DNA of 64,000 nucleotides, taken from NCBI GenBank assembly GCA_010909165.1, contig VJWM01000135.1:496001-560000 (forward strand), given 5' to 3'. Below, one piece after another: positions 13,801-26,830 of the stretch. Below the pieces are notes generated by a model that saw only the letters and a list, made by a program, of their open reading frames with translations, had not been told where the DNA came from and ran no database searches. Each line of letters starts with the position of its first letter. The first letter of the stretch is position 1. The translations under genes and the position numbers were made by a program. The DNA comes from Anthoceros angustus (taxonomy: Eukaryota; Plantae; Anthocerotophyta).

Positions 13801-14795
13801 ATAATGCAAGAATCAATGGCTAGAAGGCCACATATAGACATGTATAGTGGTCCTGTCCTGAACACCAAGGAAGCAGGTTGAAACACGTGCCACCTCTCAC
13901 CGATGGTAGGCACGTCGGATGTATTTACGATCCTACTTTTCCTTGGCCTTGAACAAATGATATTTATGCCGCATGCTCGCCTTTTCCAAGACACGAAGAA
14001 GACTGCGGTGAAGGATGGACCCTTTTCCATCCAGGTATCTACAATCCAAGTATCAATGGCTAGGTAGGCCACATATAGACATGTATAGTGGTCCGTCTCA
14101 GCCCAGCAGGTTAAATCACGTGCCACCTCTCACCGATGGTAAACCGCAAATCTATTTATAATCATACTTCTCCTTGGCCTTGAACAAATGATAATTATGC
14201 CGAACATATAGCCTTTTCCTTGGGTTTTGATTTTTTATTTTCAATATATATTAGACCTATATATGTGTCATAATCTGTAGAACATGCATCACGATGTACA
14301 TAGATTGATTGTGCCATGACGGAGCATGTAGGTAGACATGTTCACACATCGCATGTCAAGCATGCAACATGACATGCATACCATGTGCATGCCATCAATG
14401 GGCAATGAACATGTTAGATTGGTCCAAAGGCCAAGGACTTTTCTCCGACATATAAGCGGCGGGGAGGGATAGGCAATCTGGTGTACAGGAATCCATGGTT
14501 GGGCAGCCACATATATAGGAAAAACCCACAGGGTCTATGTATAATCCTACTTCTCCTTGGCCTTCGAATAAATAATGTATATGTCCACCAACACCATGCT
14601 CGCCCTTTTCCTTGGGTTATGATTTTTAGGTATTTTCTGTATACATTCGCAGACCCATATATGTGTCATAGTCATGTTCCATAGTACCGTGTCAACCGTC
14701 CATCATGCATAAAGACCATCGGGTGGGTGGCATGGTGTTCACATCAGGACTTGGTGAGGTTTACTTGGTTAGTGATTGACCTACCATAAGTGTCT
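10867..14795. repeat. ~453 bp tandem array (x3) plus a ~1.5 kb duplication
   Basis: AAATGTATACAATGCG..AATAGTGCAAAATGCCC at ~10867, 11340 and 11793. The segment ~11850-13265 recurs at 13305-14795. Confidence 0.9.
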
Positions 14796-15169
14796 GCAGA
14801 AAAACACAGCGCATGGGCCAGATGGAGTCATGCAAAATGAAATATGGTAGGTTGACCGTCAAAGTGTACGGGGTTTGGTGCATGGAAATGAAATCAGGCT
14901 GAAAGTGGGTGGGGACACCGCGCCTGCAAAACGCAAGCTCATTTCATTACTGCCAAATATTCATGCAGCGGTTTTCATGAAATGACTGGCGGGCATACCC
15001 GTTTGGTCAAATGGTTGACAAACACGGGGTTTGTAGCCCACAATTCCCTTCAGGAAAGAAAGGAGTTCGCATCCCATCATCCAGCGGTTGCATGTGAACA
15101 ATGTTTCTCCGACTTTATGGAGTCGGGCGGAAAGGAGCGAAGGCAGGTACCGGCGGCGTTGGGAGGGGG

Positions 15170-18100
15170 GGTAGGGAACGCCTCGGAGGATGCATCCCAG
15201 GTTGGATGCGTGTCGCGCATCCCACTAGTTCGAGGATAGGTGGCGGGGAGCGAGGACCGAGCCGGTGGGTTTTGAAATAGGATTTGGGTTGGGCAGGACG
15301 GGCCACAGCGTGGTTCTGCCGATCCAATCGAGAAGGAATAGGGTAGGAGGCGGCCGCGGGTGGGTGGAAGGAAGCAGTGCGCATTAGTTAGGTGGAAGGA
15401 AGCGCGGCTGGTGGCGGGTAGGTGCAAAAGGGTGCCGTGTGCCGGAGGATGATGAGGAACCCAAGATCGTGGCGGCCATGAGCGGAGGCGGCGGCCCAGT
15501 GGGTTGGTGAACGGGTGTTGCTTGAAGAGGAAGGCTGGACAGCAGTAGGTAGCTCCACATCGTAGATGACTGGAATCACGGTGCGATGCGCATGTTTGCG
15601 GTCTGGCGGCAAGCCGCGGGCGGCCCAGTGGGTTGGTCCGAACGCGGGTGGCGGTTGCAATTGAAGAGGAAGGCTGGACAGCGTAGGTAGCTCCCATCTC
15701 GTAGATGACCGCAAATCACGGTGACCGATGCGCATGTTGCGGTCTGGCGGCAAGCGCACGGCGGGGGCGCGTGCAAGGCGGCGGGAGGAATGGGAGATGC
15801 AAAGCTCGCGAGTACATTCTGCGTGGCCTATGGTTCCCATCAACTATTGGGAGCTGTCCGAGTTCTTGGCATTTGTGGAGGACCATCAAAGCGGTGTCTG
15901 CGCATGGAGGGCTATCGAGAAACTTGCCGCCCTCGACTGCCGGCGAGGGGCGGACGGATGGAGTGGCGGTGGACAAATTCTGCGAGGTCTTACCGGTGGT
16001 GGAGTGCCATATTTTCATGCACCAAGTGTTCGTTGGCGCCGTCGGAATGGAAGAGGTACGGAAAGGGCCGCGCGTGGCGACCTTAGGATTTGGTTTTCCA
16101 GTGCACGCATCAAGTGCCACGACCTTGTGGAGAGGTGGCCTAATAGGTATTATGAATTGGTTGATTTAAATGCGGTATGGAGAAATGGAATGGAAGACAA
16201 GAATGGAGGCGTTGTTCGAGGATATCAACCGCGACGGAGAACCATGTTATGGCGTACTTGGCGGGGATGCGAGTGCGGGCGGTGGAACCAAGTGCCGTGA
16301 AGGCACAAAATGTAAGGGTGGTTGCGGTTGGGAATGGCGTGATGGTGCGAGCACGGGCTTATGATGACGTCCAAGCGTGCCGACAAGCTTAGGTACCATA
16401 GGTTCCGCTGGGGTTCATGTAATTCGTTGGAACTGCGGATGGAGTGGCGGTTGCGGGCGGGCTGCTGCACGGCAGCGCGTCGATAGGTGCAAGGGTCGGC
16501 AACGCGCGTGCCTGAGGATGATGAGGAACCCAAGATCGTGGCGGCCATGAGCGGAGGCGGCGGCCCAGTGGGTTAGTCCGAACCTGGCGGTTGCAATTGA
16601 AGAGGCTGGACAAGTGAGGTAGCTCCACATGTAGATGACCGCAAATTCACGGTGACCGCATGCGCATGTTTGCGGTCTGGCGCAGCGAAGGCGGGCGGCG
16701 GCGGGGCGGAGGAGTGGGAGATGCAAAGCTCGGTACATTCTGCGTGGCCTATGGTTCCCATCAACTATTGGGAGCTGTCCGAGTTCTTGGCATTTGTGGA
16801 GGACCATCAAAGCCGGTCTGCGCATGGAGGGCTATCGAGAAACTTGCCGCCCTCGACACCTGCCGTGAGGGCGGACGGATGGAGTGGCGGTGGACAAATT
16901 CTGCGAGGTCTTACCGGGGTGGAGTGCCACATTTTCATGCACCAAGTGTTCGGCGTTGGCCCGTCGGAATGGAAGAGGTACGGAAGGTGCCGAGGGCTTA
17001 GGATTTGGTTTTCCAGTGCACGCATCAAGTGCCCGACCTTGTGGAGAGGTGGCCTAATGAGGTATTGGTCGATTTTCGTGCGGTATGGAGAAATGGAATG
17101 GAATGAAACAAGAATGGAGCGTTGTTCGAGGATATCAACCGTGACGGAGAACCATGTTATGGCGTACTTGGCGAGGATGCGAGTGCGGTGGAAAGAACCA
17201 AGTGCGGCCGTGAAGGCAAAAAAATGTAAGGGTGGTTGCGGTTGGGAATGGCGTGATGGTGCGAGCACGGGCTTATGATGAGCGTCCAACAGCATTGCCG
17301 TGCTTAGGTACCATAGGTTCCGTCATGCGGTTCATGTAATTCGTTGGAACTGCGGATGATTGATTTCGGCTGCGAGGCGGCGGCGGCGGCGGCCGCACGT
17401 CGATGTGCGCGCTAAGTTGCGGATCGTTGTAAGGAGTGCGATGCGTGCGCGATGCGCATTCAATGTTCTGAAAATGCACGTTGTGAAATTTGAGTAGTAC
17501 ATGGCATACGCACCGATGCGGATCGGAACACGTGCGCGATGCGCGATGGCATCAATGTTTCACGAAAATGCGTTGTGAAATTTGAGTGTGCGGTACATCG
17601 CTGGACGCCCGGAAGTGCGATGACTCACATGTTGGCATATACTGCGGCGTTGCAGACGGCGGGGATGATGGGAGGCGGAGTAAAGGCGTCGATGGGGATC
17701 TCGACGATCCGAGGCGCGCAGTGGACCTATGATTCCGTGCGCATGATGTGCGTTGGCGGGGAAGGGCGGGGGTAGGGAACGCCTCGGAGGATGCATCCCA
17801 CCGTTCGATACGTCGGCCTCCCACTAGTTCGGATGCGGTGGGCGGCGGGAGGAGGAGGCGGCGGCCCAGTGGGTTTTGAAATAGGATTCTGGGGTTAGGC
17901 GGCGGGGTGCCCAGCGGTGTTGCCGTCCCAATCCGTGCGAGAAGGAATAGGGTAGGAGGCGGCGGGTGGGCTGGAAGGAAAGCAGTGCGCATTAGTTAGG
18001 TGGAAGGGCGGCGGTGGCGGGTAGGTGCAAAAGGGTCGCCGCGCGCGCCGTGCAGAGGATGAGGAACCCAAGATCGTGGCGGCCATGAGCGGAGGCGGCG

Positions 18101-18910
18101 GCGGCCCAGTGGGTTGGTGTGAACTCAGTGGCGGTTGCAATTGAAGGTGGCAACGGTAGTGGTAGCTCCCATCTTGTAGATGATGGCGGAATCACGGTGC
18201 GATGCGCATGTTTGCGGTCTGTGGCAAGCGGCCGAAGGGCGGGGGTAGGAGGCGGCGGGGAGGGTGGGAGATGCAAAGCTCGGCAGTACATTCTGCGTGG
18301 CCTATGGTTCCCATCAACTATTGGGGCTGTCCGAGTTCTTGGCATTTGTGGAGGACCATCAAAGCCGTGTCTGCGCATGGAGGGCTATCGAGAGAAACTT
18401 GCCGCCCTCGACTGCCGGCGAGGCGGACGGATGGAGTGGCGGTGGACAAATTCTGCGAGAGGTCTTACCGGTGGTGGAGTGCCATATTTTCATGCACCAA
18501 GTGTTCACGGTTGGCCGCCGTCGGAATGGAAGAGGTACGGAAAGGGGAGCTGCGAGCTGGGCGACCTTAGGATTTGGTTTTCCAGTGCACGCATCAAGTG
18601 CCCGACCTTGTGGAGAGGTGGCCTATGAGGTATTATGAATTGGTTGATTTAAATGCGGTATGGAGAAATGGAATGGAATGAAGAATGGGCGTTGTTCGAG
18701 GATATCAACCGTGACGGAGAACCATGTTATGGCGTACTTGGCGAGGATCACGAGTGCGAGGCGGTGGAAGAGAACCAAGTGCCGTGAAGGCACAAAATGT
18801 AAGGGTGGTTGCGGTTGGGAATGGGAGTGATGGTGCGAGCACGGGCTTATGATGAGCGTGCAGCCGACAAGGTGAGGTTGATCGGCATGTAATTCGTTGG
18901 AACTGCGGAT
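15170..18910 (+). repeat. Three diverged copies of a ~0.9-1.2 kb coding-like unit of unknown function
   Basis: MVPINYWELSEFLAFVEDHQS..ECHIFMHQVF..LRIWFSSARIKC recurs at ~15830, 16751 and 18304. Confidence 0.85.
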
Positions 18911-21049
18911 GCGAGATGCGAGGGTTGCGGCGGGCTGCTGCGATTGCGGCCTGCCGCCGTCGATAGGTGCAGCGCCTCGAGTTGCGGATCGTTGTAAGGA
19001 GTGCGATGCGTGCGCGATGCGCATTCAATGTTCTGAAAATGCGTTGTGAAATTTGAGTATGCGGCGAGCATATCGCTGTTGCACCGCGGCGGATCGTTGT
19101 AAGGAGTGCGATGCGTGCGCGGCGATCACGCACGTTGTTACTGCGGTAGCAGCATCATCTACCGCCATCGGAAGTGCGATGACTCACATGTTGGCATATA
19201 CTGCGGCGGCGGCGTGCGCGATGGGAGGAGGCGGAGTAAAGGCGGCGTCGGTGGGGATCTCGACGATCCGAGGCGCGTGGACCTATGATTCCGTGCACAA
19301 TGAAAGCATGCCATGATGGTGCGTTGAGCGGGAGGCGGTGGAGGAGGAGGCGGCGGCAGGCGCGCAGGAAGGAGCAATCGCGAGGAAAGAGGAGGAGGGA
19401 GGTGGGAGGGCGCCATGGACATCCGTGCGTCGTCCGAGCGGAAGGTGGAGTGGCGGCTGCGGCGTTGGCGGGATCACCCGGGCGCACCACCTTGGGAGGC
19501 GTTTGGGCGTCGATCGTGCGGATGTGCACCAAGTGGAGACAAAGGAGGTCGGCTGCGCGATCGCATCTGCGTCGGTCACCCATGAATTCTCAAACCTCGC
19601 TATTGATTGCGGTGGATTGCACCAGGCGTTTTCCATTGCCCACCATGCTTGGTTACGGCTTTCCGAAGGGCGTCTGACTCGCCGCCCGCCCAGCGTACAA
19701 GCGGTGCTATGTGGCCTCACTAGAAATGTAAGCATTGCGCATCTGGGAGCCTCCAAGCCTTGTGTGTTTGCGGTGAGTATGATCCATTCGAGTTGCGGCC
19801 CGGAGAGGCGTGGGCGATGGGCGTCGTCACGCGGCGATCATGCGGCGAGGTGGATGGCGCGCCGCCGGGCCGGTAGTGGGAGAAGTGGAGGAGGAGGCGG
19901 CGGCGATCATGCGGCGGCCGACATGAGGTTGAGCGGGATGTGGGGCTTGGAGCACGGTTTTGGTATGGCCGTCCGAAGCCGTCCTCGCCGGAAGGCGCTC
20001 CATGCGAAGAGGACGGCGGATGCCGGACGGTGGCGGGAGGCCGTGGGCGGCGGTGGCTCGGAATCTCGGCGGCCGTGGGCCGGTGTGGGAGTGGGAGAGC
20101 CCGGCAAATGCACTCCACGACTCGCATGTGCGAGGCGTACAGCCTGGGGAGGCGAGAAATGTGTACGCTGGTCCGGGAAATGGGTACTCATGGTATTGGA
20201 GGTTCGGGATTGTCCATGCACAAAGATTTCATTTTGCTGTGGAGAAGGCAGTTGTGGCCCACAGAGAAGTGGGTTGGAGGTGGAGGAGGAGGGGCGCGCG
20301 GGGAAGGGAGCAATCGCGAGGAAAGAGGGAGGAGGCGAGGTGGAGGCCATGGACATCCGTTGCGATCGTCCGAGCGGAAGGTGGAGTCAAGGTGCCTCGT
20401 GGGCGGTGGCGAGATCACCGGCGCGACCACCGTGGGAGGCGTTGTGGGCGTCGATCGTGCGGATGTGCACCGGAAGTGGAGACAAAGGAGGTCGGCCCCG
20501 CGCGATCGCATCTGCGTCGGTCACCCATGAATTCTCAAACCTGTTGATTGCGGTGGATTGCACCAGGCGTTTTCCATTGCCCACGACCATGCTTGGTTAC
20601 GGCTTTCCGAAGGAGGCGTCTGACTCGCCTGGCACCAAGCGGTACAAGCGGTGCTATGTGGCCTCCCGCTGCGAAATGTAAGCATTGCGCGGTCGGCATC
20701 GTGGGAGCCTCACAAGGCTTGTGTGTTTGCAGTGAGTATGATCCATTCGATTTTGGCCACGGAGGCGTGGGCGGTGGGCGCATCGTCCTTGAGCACGGCG
20801 ATCATGCGGCGAGTGCAACCGTCCGCCGGGCCGGGGCAGTATGATGGGAGAAGTGGAGCAGGCGGCGGCGACATGCGGCAATGTTGCGGCCGACATGAGG
20901 TTGAGCGGGATGTGGGGCTTGGAGCACGGTTTTGGTATGGCCGTCCGAAGGAGCCGCCGTCCTCGCCGGAAGGCGCTCCATGCGAAGAGGGAGGAGGCGG
21001 TGGCGGGGAGGCCGTGGGCGGCGGTGGCTCGGAATCTCGGCCGGCCGTG

Positions 21050-21520
21050 GGCCGGTGTGGGAGTGGAGGCCGGCAAATGCACTCCACGGACTCATGTGCG
21101 AGGCGTACAGCCTGGGGAGGTCGAAATGTGAGTCTGTTGCTGGTCAGGAAATGGGTCCTCATGGTATTGGAGGTTGCGGATTGTCGCCATGCACAAAGAT
21201 TTCCATTTGTGGGAAGGCAGTTGTGGCCCACAGAGAAGTGGGTTGGAGGTGGGTGAAGGTGCCTCGGTGGGCGGTGTCATGCGCATGGGGCCGCGGAATC
21301 TTTGGAGCAGCAAAGAATTGGCATGGCACGTTGGTGCCGTTGTGGATGCAATTCGCGACCGATTGCAATCTGCGTGCGACCATCGAGATAGGAGCCGGTG
21401 ACCATGCTCTGTGAGAAGTCAATGGAGGCTTACGTGGGAGTTCTGATCCGAAGGACGCCTTTTCGGCAATCACCGTCGTTCGAAAGTGGAGGCGGTTGGA
21501 TGGCACCCTATGGTCGCGGT
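21050..21520 (+). pseudogene. Degenerate SET-domain-like frame (cargo), copy 1
   Basis: Cys-rich CGSG..KCTP..C..C, then EMG(P/T)HGIGG, TKISF.(GE), HVGAVVDA...DCN, FxAIT..RKVE..MAPYG, read across frameshifts. Confidence 0.35.
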
Positions 21521-22129
21521 GGAGGGAATGATAGCGATGGATGTTACGCAATCGGAGAAGTGGAGTTGGAAGCTAGTGGTGAGGCGGTTGGGCGGAATGG
21601 GACCGGCGTCACATGTGGACGGGCCGCGGCATTGGAATATGCATGAGGCTCGTTTCGGCGGTGGGACATTGAGCATCCTCCCGAGGAGTTGGATCAACAC
21701 AATTTTTGTGGGCGCGTTCATTGCCGTTAAAGTCACGGAGCATTTCATATGTTACTTGGACTTGAAGCGAGCGAAGAGGGAGTATTCCAAACCGGAAGCA
21801 TGTGACACGATCATCGGGGCATGCCACACAATGGGGGTCGCACGGGATACGCCACGATAGCTGGAAGATCCCATGCCTTTTGTTTGCAGGGCCGTCGTGG
21901 AACCCTGCGCATTGAGGTAAGGCGAGGTTACATCGTTTGCGGGTTTGCCGCGCCGGCGGCACGAAGAATGAAGGCGGGGAGCGGGCCATCGACATTTGTC
22001 GGGGTAGAACATGCATGGAGCGAGGAAGTGTGTATGCATGCGGCGAGGCGCCCATGCGAAGAGGGAGGAGGCGGTGGAGGAGGCGGTGGCGGGGAGGCCG
22101 TGGGCGGTGGCTCGGAATCTCCGACGCGG

Positions 22130-22590
22130 GAGTGTGGGAGTGGGAGAGTCGGCAAATGCACTCCACGACTCATGTGCGGAGCGCAGGCAACCGGGAGGTC
22201 GAAATGTGAGCACGCTGGTCCGGGAAATGGGTACTCATGGTATTGGAGGTTCGATTGTCCGCCATGCACAAAGATTTCATTTTCGCCTGGAGAAGATGAC
22301 AGGGCCCACGCCACCGAGAAGTGGGTTGAGAGTCAAGGTGCCTCGGTGGGCGGCCGCCATGAACGCATTAATGGAACGCGCTAAAGAATTGGCATGGCAC
22401 GTTGGTGCCGTTGTGGATGCACCAAGACCAGGATTGCAATGCACGACCATCGAGATAGGAACGCCAGTGACCATGCTCGTGAGAAGTCAATGGAGGCTTC
22501 GTGGGAGTTTACGGCCAGAGAAGGACGCCTTTTTCGCAATCACCGCTGCTCGAAAGTGGAGGAGAGCAGTTGGATGGCACCCTATGGTCG
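22130..22590 (+). pseudogene. Degenerate SET-domain-like frame, copy 2
   Basis: VREMGTHGIGG..TKISFSPGE..HVGAVVDAP..DCNA..FFAITAARKV..GEQL(M)APYG, matching the SET order GxG / I..GE / N...N / A.r.I..GEEL...YG. Confidence 0.4.
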
Positions 22591-23599
22591 CAGTGGAGGG
22601 AATGATAGCGATGGATGTCCCGCAATCGGAGAAGTGGAGTTGGAAGCTAGTGGGCGGTTGGGCGGAATGGGACCGGCGTCACATGTGCTGGACCGGGCCA
22701 CAAAGCGGCATGGAATATGCGTGAGGCTCGCTTTCTTGGGACATTGAGCATCCTCCAGTGGAGTTGGATCAACACAATTTTTGTGGGCGCCGCTCATTGC
22801 CGCTCAGGTACAACAGAGAGCATTTCATTTGTTACTTGGACTTGAAGCGAGCGAAGAGGGAGTATTCCAAACACGGAAGCATGTGACCGATCATCGTGGC
22901 ATGCCACACAATGGGGGTCGACGGATACGCCCGATAGTGGAAGATCCCATGCCTTTTGTTTGCACCGAGGACCGCCGTGGAACCGCGCATTGAGGTAAGG
23001 CGCAGTGTCGCCGTTTGCGGGTTAAGCCAAGCACAAGAATGAATTCGGGAGAGGAGGCCATCGACATTTGTCGGGGTAGAACATGTGCATGGAGCGAGTG
23101 TGTATGCAACGGCCGTGAAGCGCCCATTCTAGATTGTTCACAGACGGCGTGTGTGGTGCGTCTTGTTGGTTTGGAAGTGTTCGTGGAGTGCATGTGGCGC
23201 ACTTCAAACAATGAATCAAGCGGATACCAAAAGTGGCGTGATAGCTACGGGCGCTTTCGACGAACTTCTGCGATCTACCTCTGCGATCTGCGGTGTGCAA
23301 ACCCCGCCCCAAGCGCTTCACGGACCGTCCGTGGAACACAAATCGGAGTAATAATGCTGATCGAGTCCGCTGTCTGAAACCCTTGGCTGCGGACATGCCA
23401 TTACTCGGGCGGAAAGTGTTAGGGAGGATCGAAATCGGTATGCACGAGAGGTGCATTTGGGGTTTGAGCGGGAGGAAGGCGCATGGGCAGGAAAAAGCGC
23501 TCCATGGGAAGTAGGCGGTGAGGTGGAGGTGTTGAGGCCACCAGTCTCCACCTTGGCCATCACGTGGGGCAAAAAGCAGTGAAGGGTGCCCATGGGCCG

Positions 23600-26500
23600 G
23601 GCCGGCCTTCCGAGCGGGCGGAAGAAGGAGGAAGATGGTGGGCGGTGCGCCCGGCCAGGCTCATCAAGAGGTCATGGCGGAAGCCCATCATCATCGGACG
23701 GTGAAAACTTGAGGCAATTCTCGTGCGAGGCAGTGGGGATGAGGGCTGGAAGGTGGAGATGAAGGGATGCATAGGAGCGGCGGGGTCTTGCCCCACCGCA
23801 TAAGCTGTATGATTTGGCGGTGCGGCACTTGCAGCGGGGAGACCATTGAAAGGCCTACCAAGCGGAGCTAGGCTGCAGCTTGAGCACGGTGACGAGGCTC
23901 CTGCATCGGCACACGGCATGGCGCGGGGTGTATGGGAGGTTGTCCGTGGAGGAGGTGTGCCGCGGTGCCACGCACACACCCATCACCCGGCAGCGTGAAC
24001 GCTTAAATGCGAGGCGGGCTGGCTGGATGGAATCGAAATCCCAAGGAGGCGGTCACGGGCGCTGCGTTTGATGCGGCCGGAGCACATGGCACGGCAGTCG
24101 GCGATGCGCATCCGCGTCGATACCTGCGACACCCATGTACATGTGGCATATGGATTGTAAGTGCGTGATGCGGGGCATGCGATGTTCGCGAGTTGGCGTT
24201 GCGGGGAAGAAGTGATTGCGAGTTGTGGCGCAATCGGTGCGGTGCACATGGTTGCCTGTCGCGACTTATGACAAGATGTACCAATTCTACTTGAGTGCAT
24301 GGGGCCATAGATGGGGCAACCCATTCGTCCCACAGTTGGTCTGGAGGATAACAAGCGGGCAGCGATTTTCAACGCCTATGTGGAAGCGGTGAGGAAGTTT
24401 GGGCATCGCGGGTTCGGTCGGACTACGCGAGCACAACGATAAGCGGATATGAACGGCGAGGCCAAGGGCACATGGAAGCAACTTCATGCCCCTCTACTGT
24501 GAGTAAAAGTTTGGGAGTCTGCGTTTTCCTTATGCTGCGGTGGTGAAGTCGATGAATGCGGGATTATTGCGGAGGATTGAGCATTTGGCGGTGCGGCACT
24601 TGGCGGGAGACCATTGAAAGGCCTACCGGCGGAGCTGGGCTGCGGCTTGAGCAGTGGCGAGGCTCCACACGCCGGCTGGCATGGCAGCGGTGTATGGGAG
24701 GTTGTCCGTGGAGGAGGTGTGCCGCGATTGCCACGCACACCCACGCAGCGTGAAGGGAATACGATTCGCGGCGGGCTGGCTGGATGGAATCGAAATCCCA
24801 AGGAGGCGGTCACGGGCGCTGCGTTTGATGCGGCCGGAGCACATACGGCAGTCGGCGATGCGCATCCGCGTCGATACCTGCGACACCCATGTACATGTGG
24901 CATATGGATTGTAAGTGCGTGATGCGGGGCATGCGATGTTCGCGAGTTGGCGTTGCGGGGAAGAAGTGATTGCGAGTTGTGGCGCAATCGGTGGGTGCAC
25001 ATGGTTGCCTGTCGCGACTTATGACAAGATGTACCAATTCTACTTGAGTGCATGGGGCCATAGATGGGGCAACCCATTCGTCCCACAGTTGGTCTGGAGG
25101 ATAACAAGCGGGCAGCGATTTTCAACGCCTATGTGGAAGCGGTGAGGAAGTTTGGGCATCGCGGGTTCGGTCGGACTACGCGAGCACAACGATAAGCGGA
25201 TATGAACCGAGCGAGGCCAAGGGCACATGGAAGCAACTTCATGCCCCTCTACTGTGAGTAAAAGTTTGGGAGTCTGCGTTTTCCTTATGCTGCGGTGGTG
25301 AAGTCGATGAATGCGGGATTATTGCGGAGGATTGAGCATTTGGCGGTGCGGCACTTGGCGGGAGACCATTGAAAGGCCTACCGGCGGAGCTGGGCTGCGG
25401 CTTGAGCAGTGGCGAGGCTCCACACGCCGGCTGGCATGGCAGCGGTGTATGGGAGGTTGTCCGTGGAGGAGGTGTGCCGCGATTGCCACGCACACCCATC
25501 ACCCGGCAGCGTGAAGGGAATACGATTCGCGGCGGGCTGGCTGGATGGAATCGAAATCCCAAGGAGGCGGTCACGGGCGCTGCGTTTGATGCGGCCGGAG
25601 CACATGGCACGGCAGTCGGCAGTGCGCATCCGCCGCGTCGATGCAATCGACACCCATGTACATGTGGCATATGGATTGTAAGTGCGTGATGCGGGTCTGC
25701 GATGTTCGCAGGTTGGCGTTGCAGGGAAGAAGTGATTGCGAGATGTGGCGCAATCGGTGGGTGCATGGTTGCCTCGTCGCGACTTATGACAAGATGTACC
25801 AATTCTACTTCAGAGTCCATGGGGCCATAGATGGGGCAACCCATTACGTCCCCTGGTTGGTACTCGAGGATAACAAGCGGGGCATGGCGATTTTCAACGC
25901 CTATGTGGGCGGTGAGGAAGTTTGGGCATCGCGGATTCGGTCGGACTACGCGAGCACAACGATAGGCGAGATATGAGCCGGCGAGGCCAAGGGCACATGG
26001 AAGCAACTTCATCCAGCCCCTGTGCACAACCGGTAAAAGTTTGGTGCTTGGTCTCGTTTTCCTTATACGCAATAATTTGGTGGAATGCGGTGGGGATTAT
26101 TGCGGAGGATTGAGCATTCTGGCGGTCCTTGGAGAAGTGGGCATTCCTCTAAGGGGTACATGATGGATATGGTGAGGAGCGTGTTGGACATCACCAACCT
26201 CGGCACATCCATTCCCGCGTGACCTTCATGCCACGATGAGGCGGAGCTCGGCGTTGGAGGCGGTATGGAATAGGCCGGGTGCGGAAGATCGAGGCGGCCA
26301 GCGGAGACATTCCGGCCATGTGCACGCTATCGCATTCAAGAAGAAGGTCGACTACAAGGGTGGGTGCGACCACCCGCATATGGTGAGGAGGCGATGGCGA
26401 GGAGTTCGATGTGGGTGGCCCTCGGTATGCACAAAGCGTGGCCCCAGATGCCACCACTCGTGACATAAATTGCTTGGCGGGGTGAGCAAGCTGTGTCCAT

Positions 26501-26830
26501 TCATTTGTCTGTGGTTCTGTGGGGAGGGAGGCGCGCCAGCGCCATTTGCGAGCAGAGGCCCTCGTATGGGCCATGGGTTGTGCGAGAGCTGCGGATGGCG
26601 AGGACAATGCATATGCAAAGGATTGCGGACATGGACTTCCTCCGGACATGTATCGGTGCACATGGCACTAACAACACTCTGCGGTGCGGGGAGCACGAGG
26701 GGCGCATTGCCCGAATACCTCCACCGGTGGGCGGAGGCTGAAGCCACCCGTGGGCGTGGGGCCATCACCTGCTGCGGTCATGGTGCACGAGGTGTGAGGC
26801 GTGTGGCCCAGTTGCGGCCCCTTGGGAGTG
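23600..26830 (+). pseudogene. IS3EU-type DDE transposase (integrase-core family), intron-containing, frameshifted, central part triplicated
   Basis: Stitched translation: AELGCGLSTVTRLL..GMARVYGRLS (HTH-like), LDGIEIPRRR..ALRLMRPEHMARQSAMRIRR, TPMYMWHMD|intron|YDK..YQFY.HGAIDGATH..L.EDNKR..IFNAYVEAVRKFG..SRVRSDYAS, NFI...HN|intron|RIEHFWR, VLDITN, FMP..AEL..AVWN..VRKI. This parallels the family pattern WHxDGYDKL..IHGxIDG..G.PSRVRSD..STHNQRIERxW..WNxH. Confidence 0.8.

Larger units (their letters stand above)
19330..23110 (+). repeat. Overlapping ~1 kb tandem duplications covering the SET-like region
   Basis: 19330-20290 recurs at 20290-21250. 20975-22030 recurs at 22030-23110. Confidence 0.85.
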
